A stretch of 63,992 nucleotides of DNA, filler included, from Basidioascus undulatus (Eukaryota), in the NCBI GenBank assembly GCA_000826855.1. It is 17 parts of 17 records of this genome, joined end to end, with 100 filler letters (N's around TTAATTAATTAA, not from the genome) between each part and the next. Parts side by side here need not be neighbours in the genome. Positions count along the whole stretch, not along the records: positions 1 to 2,485 come from JTLS01002737.1; positions 2,586 to 5,069 come from JTLS01002738.1; positions 5,170 to 7,652 come from JTLS01002739.1; positions 7,753 to 10,232 come from JTLS01002740.1; positions 10,333 to 12,811 come from JTLS01002741.1; 12 more parts are not named here. One strand, given 5' to 3'. Below the pieces are notes generated by a model. It worked only from the letters and a program-made list of their open reading frames with translations, did no database searches and was not told where the DNA came from. Both the position numbers and the translations under genes were made by a program. Positions 1 through 10,923 of this stretch are shown here, piece after piece. The first letter of the stretch is position 1. Each line of letters begins with the position of its first letter.

Positions 1-181
1 TCTACACGCACCACCGCCCGCACGAGGCGAAGATGAGGCGGAAGGAGGGACTCATTACCCAGGAGAGGAGCGAGGAGAAGAGGGAGGAGAAGGAGAAGGC
101 GAGGGCGAAGAGGAGGGCCGGGAAGTAGAGGGGCGAGATGGGGATTTGGACCTTGGCGGGAGATTCTTGCTGCTATTCATT
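1..181 (-). CDS. Possible 5' end of an unidentified Ser/Pro-rich protein divergent from TOP3 (partial)
   Basis: MNSSKNLPPRSKSPSRPSTSRPSSSPSP..., then a GTAATG donor-like site; no recognisable domain. Confidence 0.3.
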
Positions 182-686
182 TTGTCTGTCCGGAGGAGTT
201 TTGTGTGGTGAGCCCGAGCTGCTCGTGTGTGCGTGTGTTCGTGCAAATCTGTAAATCAGCCGTGGGCCCTGGACGAACCAGATTCAGACCCCGCTCGAAG
301 TTGCTGTGACGGTCATGGCTCAACACGGGGCCTTCGAACTTGAACGAAGAATCCTTTTCATTCAAAGCTCATTTGGATGTTGCGAAAAGACGAGGTCTAA
401 ATTGGCACTGCGAGACCGTGCAAGCAACTCCCGTACTCCGACATTGCGACGCGAGAACCGAGATTCGCGTCGAAGACGCGTTTGCCCTTGCCTCTGCCCA
501 CCACCGCGACTTCTTCAGGTCCTGCTGGCATACACTTCGATCGACTCTTGAGCTCATCAACCAGAGCCCCCTCTCCCTTCACGCGCTCCCCGATAGCTGG
601 GGCATGCGGCCGCTTGGCCGTCCTACACCACTCTCCCCGCCGCTGCCCGCCTCGCTCCCGCCTTCCCCTTCGCCCCGGACGCCGTC

Positions 687-2485
687 ATGGTCAAGTACCT
701 CTGCGTCGCGGAGAAGCCTTCAATAGCGAAGTCAGTGACGGGTATTCTGGCAGGAGGGCAATCCAACAGTGTGAGCCCGTCTCTCGTGCAAAGCCCAATG
801 CTCGAGGTCGAGTTGACCGCCCCTCCCCTGCCAACCAGCGGCAAACCCAGAACCGCTACATCCGCAACTACGACTTTACCTACCGCCTACCGCCGCACCA
901 AGGGCATGTCGACTTCACCATGACCGCCGTGTCGGGGCATCTTACGAGCTGCGACTTCCCCGAGGAGACGCGCAGGTGGGGCAGCTGTGACCCGTTCGAC
1001 CTGTTCGACATGCGAATAGAGACGTTCGTTACGCCCGTGAGTACTTCACGCTCAGTTCTCGAATATTTGGAAAGGAGAGGGAGGGGGGGGTGGCGGACGA
1101 GGGAAGGCGGGATGTGGGCTAAAGCGTGTTTCGGACCCCAGGACTACAAGGCCATCGAGCGCAACCTCCAGAGCGAGGCTCGCCGCGCAACCCACCTCAT
1201 GATCTGGACCGATTGCGATCGCGAAGGCGAGCACATCGGCTCCGAGATCGCGAGCGTCTGCCGGAGGGCGAACCCGAACATCCAGGTCCTCCGCGCACGC
1301 TTCTCCGCTATCATTCCTGCGTGCGTGCCTCCTCCATCCCCACATCTCCTCCGCAGGTGGCTCACATGCTACTGGGATCGTTCAGTCAAATCCACAACGC
1401 CGTACGAAACCCCGTGCAGCTCGATATGCGCCAGGCGAACGCGGTCGAGACCCGCATCCAGCTCGACCTCCGCATCGGCGCGGCCTTTACGCGCTGCCTC
1501 ACGCTCGGCCTGCAGGCGCAAGTTCCGCAACTTGACCAGAAAGTCTTATCATACGGTCCGTCAATCCCAAGCCACAGAGCCTGCTTGGCTCGCTCACGCA
1601 TCGGACTCTTGGCAGGTCCTTGCCAGTTTCCCACACTGGGCTTCGTCGTCGACCAGTACGAGCGCGTGCAGAACTTCATCCCCGAGCCGTTCTGGTACAT
1701 CTTCGTCTCCATCGTCCACCCGGGCGAGGACGACGAGGGCGAGCGCTCGGTCGAGTTAAAGTGGCGCCGGAACCACCTGTTCGAGTGGGAGGTCGCGTTC
1801 ATCTTGTACGAGCAGTGCGCCGAGAACCCCGAGGCGACGGTCACCAAGGTCGAGACTAAGCCGACGTCCAAGTGGTGCGCTGCCGCCTCGCCTTTCGGGC
1901 ACCCGACTTGACTCACCGTTGACTTTTCCAGGAAGCCGCTGCCGCTAACGACGGTCGACCTCCAAAAGTCGGGCTCGAGGTTGCTTCGGCTTTCACCAAA
2001 GCGCGTGCTCGACGTGCGTAGACTGTGCCTTCAAGCTTCACGCAGGCGACCACTGAGTAGGGAAGAGTCTGCAGATTGCGGAGAGCCTGTATCAGAAAGG
2101 CTTCGTCTCGTATCCGCGTACCGAGACCGATCAGTACGACGCGGCGTTCGACTTCCAGTCGCTCATCGCGAAACAAACCGCCGATGCGGCCTGGGGCAAT
2201 TTCGCGACTCAGTGCGCCTCCCGCTTCTCCATCTCCCATCGCACAATTAAGATGACTCGACGGGCACCGCAGGCTCCAGAACGGCGGCTTTCAGCGTCCG
2301 CGCAACGGGCGGAAGAACGACCAGGCGCACCCGCCGATCCACCCGACCGCGCACGCAAACAACCTCGCCGGCGACGATAAGCGCGTGTACGAGTTCATCA
2401 CGCGCCGCTTCCTCGCAAGCTGCTCGAAGAACGCCGAGGGCAACGAAACGACCGTGGAGGTCAACATCGCTGGCGAGGTGTTCTT
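687..2485 (+). CDS. TOP3: DNA topoisomerase III (type IA), multi-exon, 3'-truncated by the linker
   Basis: MVKYLCVAEKPSIAK (Toprim), TAVSGHL, IWTDCDREGEHIG, LDLRIGAAFTR, SYGPCQFPTLGFVV, catalytic SYPRT near 2108, QAHPPIHPT; GT-AG introns restore the frame. Confidence 0.96.
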
Positions 2486-2585
2486 NNNNNNNNNNNNNNN
2501 NNNNNNNNNNNNNNNNNNNNNNNNNNNNNTTAATTAATTAANNNNNNNNNNNNNNNNNNNNNNNNNNNNNNNNNNNNNNNNNNNN
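2486..2585. other. Artificial contig linker N44-TTAATTAATTAA-N44 (first of 16; others start at 5070, 7653, 10233, 12812, 15391, 17963, 20532, 23100, 25668, 28235, 30802, 53950, 56514, 59073, 61628)
   Basis: Identical 100-nt blocks with six-frame stop codons; genes are cut abruptly at each one. Confidence 0.98.
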
Positions 2586-3210
2586 TGTACACTGTCAGCC
2601 GTGTCTGGGGGGACCAGCGCCCACCTTTGGTCCGGCAAAAGCGAAGGAGCCCATCCATCCTCCCACTCGGCGCGGCACCCCAAGGTACTTGTAAGTGGGA
2701 ACATGGGGAAGGGCCTGTCCATAGAGCGTCAGTGGTGCAGGGTCGCGCGAGACCACCCCACATTTGGCCACATTGGAGCGCATGCCATGCTCCTCTGCCC
2801 ATGCTTCAGCACGCGCCAGCAGGCGGACTGCCTCGGCATAGGTTCGCATCAGAATGGAACCGTAATCTGCAAAGAAGTAGGAGGCTGGCATGGTGCGGCC
2901 ATCTCTTGTCAAACGGAAGGTCTGCCTCGGCGTTCAGTGCTCGGACCAAGGGGTCAATAAAGATGTTGAACAGCATGGGTGATGCTGGGCCCCCCTGGAT
3001 GAAGCCGCAGGTGCGGCGGAAGGGGGGCAGGCGCTGGCCATTCACCACCAGGCTTGCACATGCCCCATGCCCCGTAAGGGTCCAGATGATGGAGCGCCAC
3101 TCTAGGGGAGCTCCTCGAGCACTCAGGACTCGGTCTATCGCTCCCAGTGTGGGGGAATCGTAGGCTGTTGCAAAGTCAAGAAAGACTGCGTACCTGACCC
3201 CATGAGTATG
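2586..3210 (-). mobile_element. Degenerate non-LTR (LINE-like) reverse transcriptase fragment
   Basis: VFLDFATAYDS...GFIQGGPASPMLFNIFID...(frameshift)FADY...KCGV...YKYLGVP...(frameshift)RWSPQTRLTVY; the catalytic DD pair reads DY. Confidence 0.88.
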
Positions 3211-5547
3211 ACCTGCAAAAGGACCTGAAAACCCCTTTAAATATCATCAACCCTTGCCTTGCGTTTGTCAATATGGCCTTTACCACAGTATCTCGTAAGG
3301 TGCAAGATCGCTGATCACTCCTTCTTTCTCCTTATGAAACGAGTACCGCGTTCCGTGCAGTTTACTGAACGTACGGACTTGAAGGATGGTCTCTCCAGCA
3401 ACGCGGCATTGGTCATGATGCAGTGATGGCCAAGCAGCCGTTTCGAAACTCCACTATCACGTTGAGCCTGCGGCGTACCGCAACCCATCAAGAGGCATTG
3501 TGATACATTTGGGGTGTCCAAACCTCCATAAGCTATAGAGCGGTAACAGTAGTTGAATGAAGCGGGACTAAACAGAGAAACGCAGACGCACGACTCGAGA
3601 GATTTGGTCCTACCGTGAGCGAGGTGAGATCGAATGCTACGAGCTCTGAGCGAGTATGTGAAGCAGGCTAGGCGGCAATAGTAAGCTAAAAAAAAATCTA
3701 TATCCCCTCCCGCATCCGAGCGCACAGGCAAGCTGGGCCCCACAGCCAACCGAACGGGCTCTGCATGACATTGTTCCGTACAGCAGGATACCGACATTGA
3801 ATATGACTGTCCAGCGTGTAATATATCGAGACTAGAAATAAGAGGCTATGCATCTTGGGGAAAGATGGGGAAAAATCTCAAAGGAGTTTCGAATGGGCAT
3901 GTGAAGCCTGCACGCCAAGGCAGCGACATATGTCCGCCGATGTTGGTTGCACCTCTCCGCGAACGAGGTCCAATCTGGAGGTGAAGAAACTCGAGCAATT
4001 TTGGCGTTGAACAATCATTGGAAGAGCGCTTGCCTTGTGAGTAAGTGTCACTCGAGGCAAAAAGGTATCTGCAGCTTGCTGCCCGCTGTGCCGCCTGCAC
4101 CGATACCTGACTCCCTATCCCATAGCCGCTATTCCATATGACCTCAAGACGATGTTTCATCAGAAACAGTCCGGAATCTGTTCATATTCCCTCCGTGCCC
4201 TTCGCTCAGCGATGTCTGCCGCTATGCTTGTTCTGTAAGTTCGGACAGGCACGAGTTGATCGAATTCGGCGTTTTGAGAGTTTCAGGACGCTCATCAGCT
4301 GTATCAGTCTTCCAGGGGAGGAATTGAGCGAAGAACGTCGCAAGAGATTCCGTCAGCCAGCAGGTCAGACGGTGCGCGAAGGACGAAGCGCGGTCGATTG
4401 CTCCGTGCTCGGAGCGACCCTCTTGTAGTTGCAGCCTGCGGTACCCACAATCCATATCCCGCTCATCCCACACTTTCGCTCAAGGGTACATAAACCATTC
4501 GCTCATCCCGGCGAGATTGTTCCGAAAGCAGGACCCCGACCTCCATACCGCGTCCACAGCAAGCGATAGCGAAATTCGAAAGATACGGGCACGCCGCTAT
4601 GGAACTCCGGGTGTTGCGAGAAGGACGTGGATCGAATGAAGCTGCTGAATGCTGCATAGCAAGCGACGCAAGCGATGAGCGGACTGCAGCCCTTCGACGT
4701 CCCCCTTCGTGCCTCACTAGAACCTCGAGCGTCGATGGATATGCGGGCGCCCCGACTGCCGGGAATTTGGATGGTTATTAGAGCAATCCATGGGCTTAGT
4801 AGAAGCCTGCCTGGGCAATGCGATCGATCGACGGGCGTGATCCCGCACCTCTTGCTCCCTCTCTCTCTCTCCCCATCTCCTGGTCCTGCGGTGACCGATA
4901 TCCAGCGCAGTGAACGAAAAGCGTTGATCGAGCGTCCCAGAGATTGATTGTGCCATTAAGCCACGACGAATGCCCAGCGCCCCGAGACGGAAATGTCACT
5001 CAGGTCCTGCTCTCCAGCGCCCTCCAACGAACTCAGCATCTCCCATCATATCGTACAACATCCCCCCCCNNNNNNNNNNNNNNNNNNNNNNNNNNNNNNN
5101 NNNNNNNNNNNNNTTAATTAATTAANNNNNNNNNNNNNNNNNNNNNNNNNNNNNNNNNNNNNNNNNNNNAGGTGCCTGACTTTGCGCCCTCCGCCCTCGC
5201 CTTTCACCCGCCTCGCTAGGCAACGGCTCCTTCCGGTGCAGGGCAACGAATGAGGATTCTCGCCCGAATCAACCAAATCATTTTCACTTTCACATGCTTG
5301 GAGCTTTGAGTCGCGTCGCTATCGCCACCGGGCGCGTCCGTCGCGTCTTGGCTTCCTCCATTTTGCACCTCAACCTTGCGCTCGCTCACCACTCCTCACT
5401 CCTCACATCCACTTCAAAGTACTTTCGATTTTCCTTTTATCTCTGTTTGCACATCTCGATCAGAACTCCCTTTCGCGTCGTTTACTCAGCTCGTCCACCG
5501 CCCCAGCGCTCGCTCACTTTGCCCCTCCCCTCGGTCACCTGCACACC

Positions 5548-6668
5548 ATGCCCTCCCGCCCGCACACGCCGTCCTTCCGCCGCTCCTCCTCAGAGCATCA
5601 GCAGCTGCAGCAGCAGCGCCGCTCGACGACCGCCTCCCCGTCCTTAGCGAACCGGTACGCCCTACTCGCGAGCCCGCCGCACGCGCACACCCCGCAGCAG
5701 CAGCAGCAGGCGGCGAAGTCGTTCGCGTCCCTGCTCATGTCGGAGGCGGAGCTGGCGGAGGAGAAGAAGAGGCGCGCGGATGAGGAGGAGAGGGAGAGGG
5801 AGGAGCAGGCGGCGCTGGAGAGGGAGAGGGAGAGGAGGAAGAAGAAACCCCTGCCGAGCACTATTCTCTTCGTCGCCGGGTGGGTCCATTTCTTTCCTTA
5901 CGCTCATGGGAGGGCAGAAGCTGACGGGACTGAGGTTGGGCCGGGATAGACTCACTGAACGGCTTACGGACGAGGACCTCCGCAAAGACCTCGCTGCGTA
6001 CTTCGGCCAATTTGCGATCGTACTCAACGTCAAGCTCAACCGCGACATGCAGGGTGCTTTATCTCCTCCTATCCTTTTCTTTCCCTCTTCCTTGCAGCAG
6101 CTAACCTCCTTTCTCCCCTCAGACCGCCTCTGCGCGTTCGTGACCTGCGAAGTCCGCCCTCCCCTGTCTCCTTCTTCCTCCGCCCGTCTCGCTAACCGCC
6201 TCCCAACGTGTCCCACAGACCGAAGCGCAAGCGACCCACGCTCAGGCTAGCACGCACGGTGCTCTCTTCCACACACGTTCCCTCCGGGTCGAGCGCGCGC
6301 GTGTCAACCGCGCGCTGCGCATGGCGTTCGTCCCCTCGCGCCCGCCGAACAAGGTCATCTTGCTCCCAGACGGACGCGTCGAGCGCGGCGTGGGCGTGAT
6401 GGACGACCGCGCGGCGCGGACGCTCGTCGCGCCGTATGGGGAGGTGGAGCGGGTGCTGGTTGGGCCTGCGCGGGCGGGGAGGGGCCGGGAGGATATCGCG
6501 CAGAGGGGAGAGGTCGTCGTAAGGTTCCGGTACAGGGACGAGTGCATCGAGGCGTGGCACAGTGCGTTTGTCTTCCCCACTCTCACTCTCCCCGCCCTTT
6601 CTAATCGTACTGATGAATCATTCTTTCATTGCCCCCCAGCCACGGAGACCTCCTCGCCCCCTACCTGA
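5548..6668 (+). CDS. Rim4-like two-RRM RNA-binding protein (3' end uncertain)
   Basis: Spliced ILFVAGLTERLTDEDLRKDLAAYFGQFAIVLNVKLNRDMQDRLCAFVTCE...RSLRVERARVNRAL and VRFRYRDECIEAW resemble Rim4 RRM1/RRM2 (recalled, not searched). Confidence 0.7.
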
Positions 6669-7261
6669 CAGCCCAAGCCCAGCGCTCTCTCGCCCCACTG
6701 CGCTCCTTCCTCGCCGACGAAGGGTTCACGCTCGCCTCCAGCCGCGTTCGGTGGGCCCGTCGCTGGGCGAGACGCTCGAGTGCGGGCTCGAGGAGGCAAG
6801 GGCGTTCTGGGACGGGCTTTGGGGGAGTTTGGTGGATTTTAAAGTGGGCCCCCTTGTCTGTATGACGGGGATGCTGAGTGGGGAGGGGGCACAGATCACG
6901 CCGGACGAGGTGCTCGAGGGGAAGGGGTTCGTTACTCTGCATGTGCGCCTTCCACTACACGGGGCCTCTGCACCTCTTGAAAATTACTGAATTTATGTGG
7001 GTCTACAGGCTTTGGGCCGCGGAAAATTCAAGACCGGCGGGCTCTACGAGAACGAGTACCAGCTTACGCTGCGGTTCACCGCAGACGTGCGTCCTCCCCC
7101 CTCCCTCCTCGCGCTTCGTACGCTCCTCTGCCCGTGTTTCTTTGGGATAATGGGTTTCCAGGTGTCAGGGGTTCAAGATCCTCAAGATCACCGAGTTCTT
7201 CGATAGCGTGCTATTGCAGAAGTTCCTCGAGGAAGAGGCGCAGTGGGAGGAGGGGAAATAG
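6640..7261 (+). CDS. SnoaL/NTF2-like small domain protein; apparent 1-nt frameshift near 6733, start unresolved
   Basis: LAPYLTAQAQRSLAPLRSFLADEGFT / LQPRSVG...EARAFWDGL...ITPDEVLEGKGFVTLHALGRGKFKTGGLYENEYQLTLRF...KILKITEFFDS; three clean phase-0 introns; stop 7259-7261. Confidence 0.7.
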
Positions 7262-7752
7262 GCGGGCGAAGAGGTTAAGTGGAACTTGCGTTGAGGTCCG
7301 AGTTTAGACTTAGAGACTGGCTAGGTAGTATGATGGACCTTTGCAGCGTCTGCAGGTCTTGATGTCATTCTTTCTGGCGTGCAGGACGCACGGCCGTGGC
7401 ATCGCCGGGTCGCCGCACTGCAAACGTGTGCTGCTCTGCCTGCTAGGTATGTACAGCCGCCTCTACTGTTCACAAAAAATATTCGAGCCAAAACTCATAT
7501 GGCTTAAGGGAGAAGCGAACGACGTCTATAGTTTCAACGCAGACCACTAAATCACATACGCTGCAACTAGATTGGCTGTGCATCCCCGGCTATAGCCCCT
7601 GCATGGGGGATTTCAATCCATGTGGATTTACCTTGTACCTTTATACTTAGGTNNNNNNNNNNNNNNNNNNNNNNNNNNNNNNNNNNNNNNNNNNNNTTAA
7701 TTAATTAANNNNNNNNNNNNNNNNNNNNNNNNNNNNNNNNNNNNNNNNNNNN

Positions 7753-9269
7753 AGGGCAGGGAGAAGGGGGAAGTGGTGGAAGAGGAGGGAGAGGAGGAAG
7801 AAGAGTCGGCGATGGCGATCCCGCTTACGCGGCTGGCGAGGCGCGAAACTTGGCACGCGGACGCGAGGGCGTCAAGGCCCTTGGGGCTTCCAGGCGGGGA
7901 GGGCGAGGACGTTTCGGACGTGTGGATCGGTGGGAGGGTGACGTCCTCCTCCTCCTCCTCGGACGCGGTGGTGGCCGTGGAGCCCTCGCGCGCCGGCTCG
8001 CGCGAGAGGAGGCCGTAGATGCTGCTGCTCTTAGGCGGGGGTGCGACGACGCTGTCGGTCTGGACGCGGGGCTCGACGGGGGGCGGCATGCCCTGCGTGA
8101 GGGCCTCGATGCGGCGGATCGTCGTCGGCGTCTGGCCGAGCATCGGCGCCGCGGAGAGCTGCGGAACGGCGACGGGGCGGGAGGTCCGCAGCGCGTCGAA
8201 CGAGAGCGAGGCGGAGACGTCGAACGGCGCAGACGTCGCCGGCTGCTGCTGGTGCTGCGCGCGCGCCGGGAGCTGCGCGGTCGGGCGCGTGTGCAGGAAG
8301 GGGTAGAGCGACGAGAAGTTGATCCCCGCTGCGGGGGTGGGGGACGCGTCGGGCTTGGTGGTGGAGGGGAGGGCGGTCCAGTCCGAGGAGTCGAGGACGC
8401 CAGGGGCAGCAGCGGGCGGGGAAGGGATGCCGTGCGAGCTGGGGGAGGACCAGTCGGGGGTAGGTGCGCTCGTGCCCGTGGACTCGGGGCTGAACCCCAT
8501 CTGCGCGAGGGTCGCCGCGTCGAAGAGGTCCGATGCGCCCGGGCCGGCGGCTTCCCGCCCGAGCTGCATAAGCAGCGCGTTCATGTCGTTCAGCTCTTGC
8601 TTCGACTTGACTTCTGGGAGGGAGAACGCCGGCGGAGGGGCGGAAGTCGCAGGCAGGGTGGGCGGCGTGGGAAGCGCGGCGGACGTCACTGGCAGCTGGA
8701 GGGACGAGGGCGTGTTGGTCGTGTTGTACGCGGCCGAGAGGCGGTCCGCGATGGCTATGAAGGAGAAATGAAGTCAGACAGGGCTTGTTTGAACGCAAAC
8801 ATTAGGGAAGGCGTGGACTCACAGTCGTCGTACAGCTGCCCCGAACCAAGCCTCCGCTTCTTCATCAAATCCTCGACGAGCTCCTCCATGCTGACGTGGT
8901 CGATGCCGCGCTTCTGCCCCGCGTAGCTCTGCACCGACGGCGGCGCGGGCATGAAGTCGTACGGGTAGCCCGGGTAGCCGGGGAGGTGGTGCAGCGGCGG
9001 CAGGCCCGGGTACAGTGAGTGCCCCGCGGCGGCGGCCGCGGCGAGGTACGACGGCGGAAGGTGCGGCTGGTACGCTGGCGCGGTGGGCGTGTTGAGCACG
9101 TGCGAGGCGTCGGGGGAGAGCGTGGCGGTCGAGGATGAGGAGGAGAGGCCTGGAAGAGAGGGAGTCAGCTTAGGTGGGACACTCGGCAGTGAAATTGAGA
9201 AGGTGCAACTCACCAGGCGTCTTCCCGTCCCTCTTCCTGCCCTCACTGCCCGTCGGGCTAGAGGTGCCA

Positions 9270-9302
<33 letters not shown>

Positions 9303-10201
9303 GCAGCGAGCTGCGCCTGGTGGGCAGCCATCGCCTGGGCGTGCATCATAGCCGCCTGCTGGTAGTGAAGCGCGTAGGCTGCCGCGTACGGGTTGTGCCC
9401 GTGGGGCGGGAAGAACGCGCTCGGCGGGGGCGGGTACGCGGCGGCGTAGAGGCCGTGGGCGGCGTGCGGGTGGTGCGGCGGTGGGAGCGCCGCGCTGCCG
9501 ACGATGCGGGGCGGGAAGCCGAGCGGCTCGGGGGGCACGGTCACCGCTTTGGACTGCTTGTGCTGGTTGTGATGCTCTTCTGCCATGCACGGTGTGTGTG
9601 CTCTTCAGTGGGCTGCAGGGAGGGGAGAGGAAGGGGAGGAAGACGCACCGGTGTGGATTTTTTCATGCTTCTTGAGGTCCTGCGGACGCTTGAACGTTTT
9701 GCCACAGATCTCGCAGGCGTGCGGCTTGAGGGGCGTGTGTACTGAACGGAGGAATGAGGGTCAGCGAGATGGACGGAAGGGGACGATGAGGCGTGTGAAT
9801 GGATGTAGTGTGCAAGGGTAAGTGCAAGTGTCCGGCGCGAGAGAGCTGGCCCGGGCGCCGGCGAGAGAAGGACGCCGGTGGGAAGGTCCAAGTGGACACA
9901 GAGATTGGATGAATGCACCAAGCACAAATCGGAGAACAAATACTGCATACTCACCGCGGAGATGGCTCGTGATGTGGTCGCGCTTTGCGCAGGTGACGCC
10001 GCAGTCCTTCCAGTGGCAGGTGAGGCAGAGATTGTTTGTGCTCTTGCGGCCGACGTGCGCGTCGCAGAGGTGGTTGTACAGCGCTTCGGGCGTAGGCTGC
10101 ACGCTCTCGCAGCCATCCCACTGGCAGGAGAACGTCTGCTGCGCGGCCGCGGGCGGCGGCGACGGGGACGGGTCCGTCGAGGGCGGCGTGGCGTCGGCCA
10201 T
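7753..10201 (-). CDS. pacC: pH-response C2H2 zinc-finger transcription factor PacC/Rim101, 3'-truncated
   Basis: [73 protein letters not shown]; YPxL motifs downstream. Confidence 0.96.
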
Positions 10202-10332
10202 GCGGGTGGGTGCGAGTAAGGGGGGTGGTGGTNNNNNNNNNNNNNNNNNNNNNNNNNNNNNNNNNNNNNNNNNNNNTTAATTAATTAANNNNNNNNNNNN
10301 NNNNNNNNNNNNNNNNNNNNNNNNNNNNNNNN

Positions 10333-10923
10333 CCCTCCACCGTCTCCGGCTGGTCCTTCTTCCTGTAGTGCTCCATATGCAGACGCTGCTGGCCGTTCAA
10401 CTCGACGAGGAACTCCTTCCCGCGCCTGAGTGCGACATGCAGCGGCGAGCGGGTGACCGTCAGCGCGAGGTCCTTGTCCGCGCCCGCGGCGCCGAAGCGG
10501 ATTGTCTCGGTGTTCTGCGTCGACTCGCCCTCTACGTCCGTCAGCGCGTGGATCTCGGGCTCATTGAGGATCGCCCAGGACGTGGCCTGCTTGCGGAGGC
10601 CATCGACCTCGTCCATGCGGACGCGGACGCCGCCGTCCTTGTGCACGCGCACGTCAGAGCTCAAACTTGATGCCATCGGGGGCGAGGCGGTTGCGGACGG
10701 GGTAGATAAAGCGCGCGTAAGTGTCGGGGTTGGATGGGGGGAGGGCGATGTAGGGGGAGGTCCAGGAGGGCGAGTCGGTCTTGCAAGAGAGCGAGCGGAG
10801 GCGCCGGCAGAAGCCTGACTATGAGCATGTCTTGAAGTCATTGCGTTTAAAGGCTGTCACGCAGGGTATGGGGAGGAGTTTTCTCCCGAGAAGGAGAAGC
10901 GGGAGAACGCTGAGAGGTCGCAT
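10333..10923 (-). pseudogene. Glucosidase II alpha subunit (GH31, Rot2/GANAB-like) N-terminal part, disrupted
   Basis: Signal peptide, AFKRNDFKTCS*SGFCRRLR (TAG at 10819-10821 where the family has Q), frameshift near 10656, then VRVRMDEV...LNGQQRLHMEHYRKK. Confidence 0.78.

Noticed and set aside
3300..5069. Short ORFs in AT-richer stretches (also 11100-12750, 25768-27400, 38600-39900)
   Set aside because: No recognisable domain, codon bias or consistent splice model; possibly old remnants but unsupported
7850..8926. 358-aa + strand ORF and similar long Arg/Gly-rich ORFs (20873-21496, 29510-30514, 55315-56034)
   Set aside because: Antisense shadows of real GC-rich genes
10819..10821. In-frame TAG stops (also 52139) as evidence of recoding or an altered genetic code
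   Set aside because: Accompanied by frameshifts or further stops; TAG terminates normal genes here (MSD1, the SnoaL-like gene)
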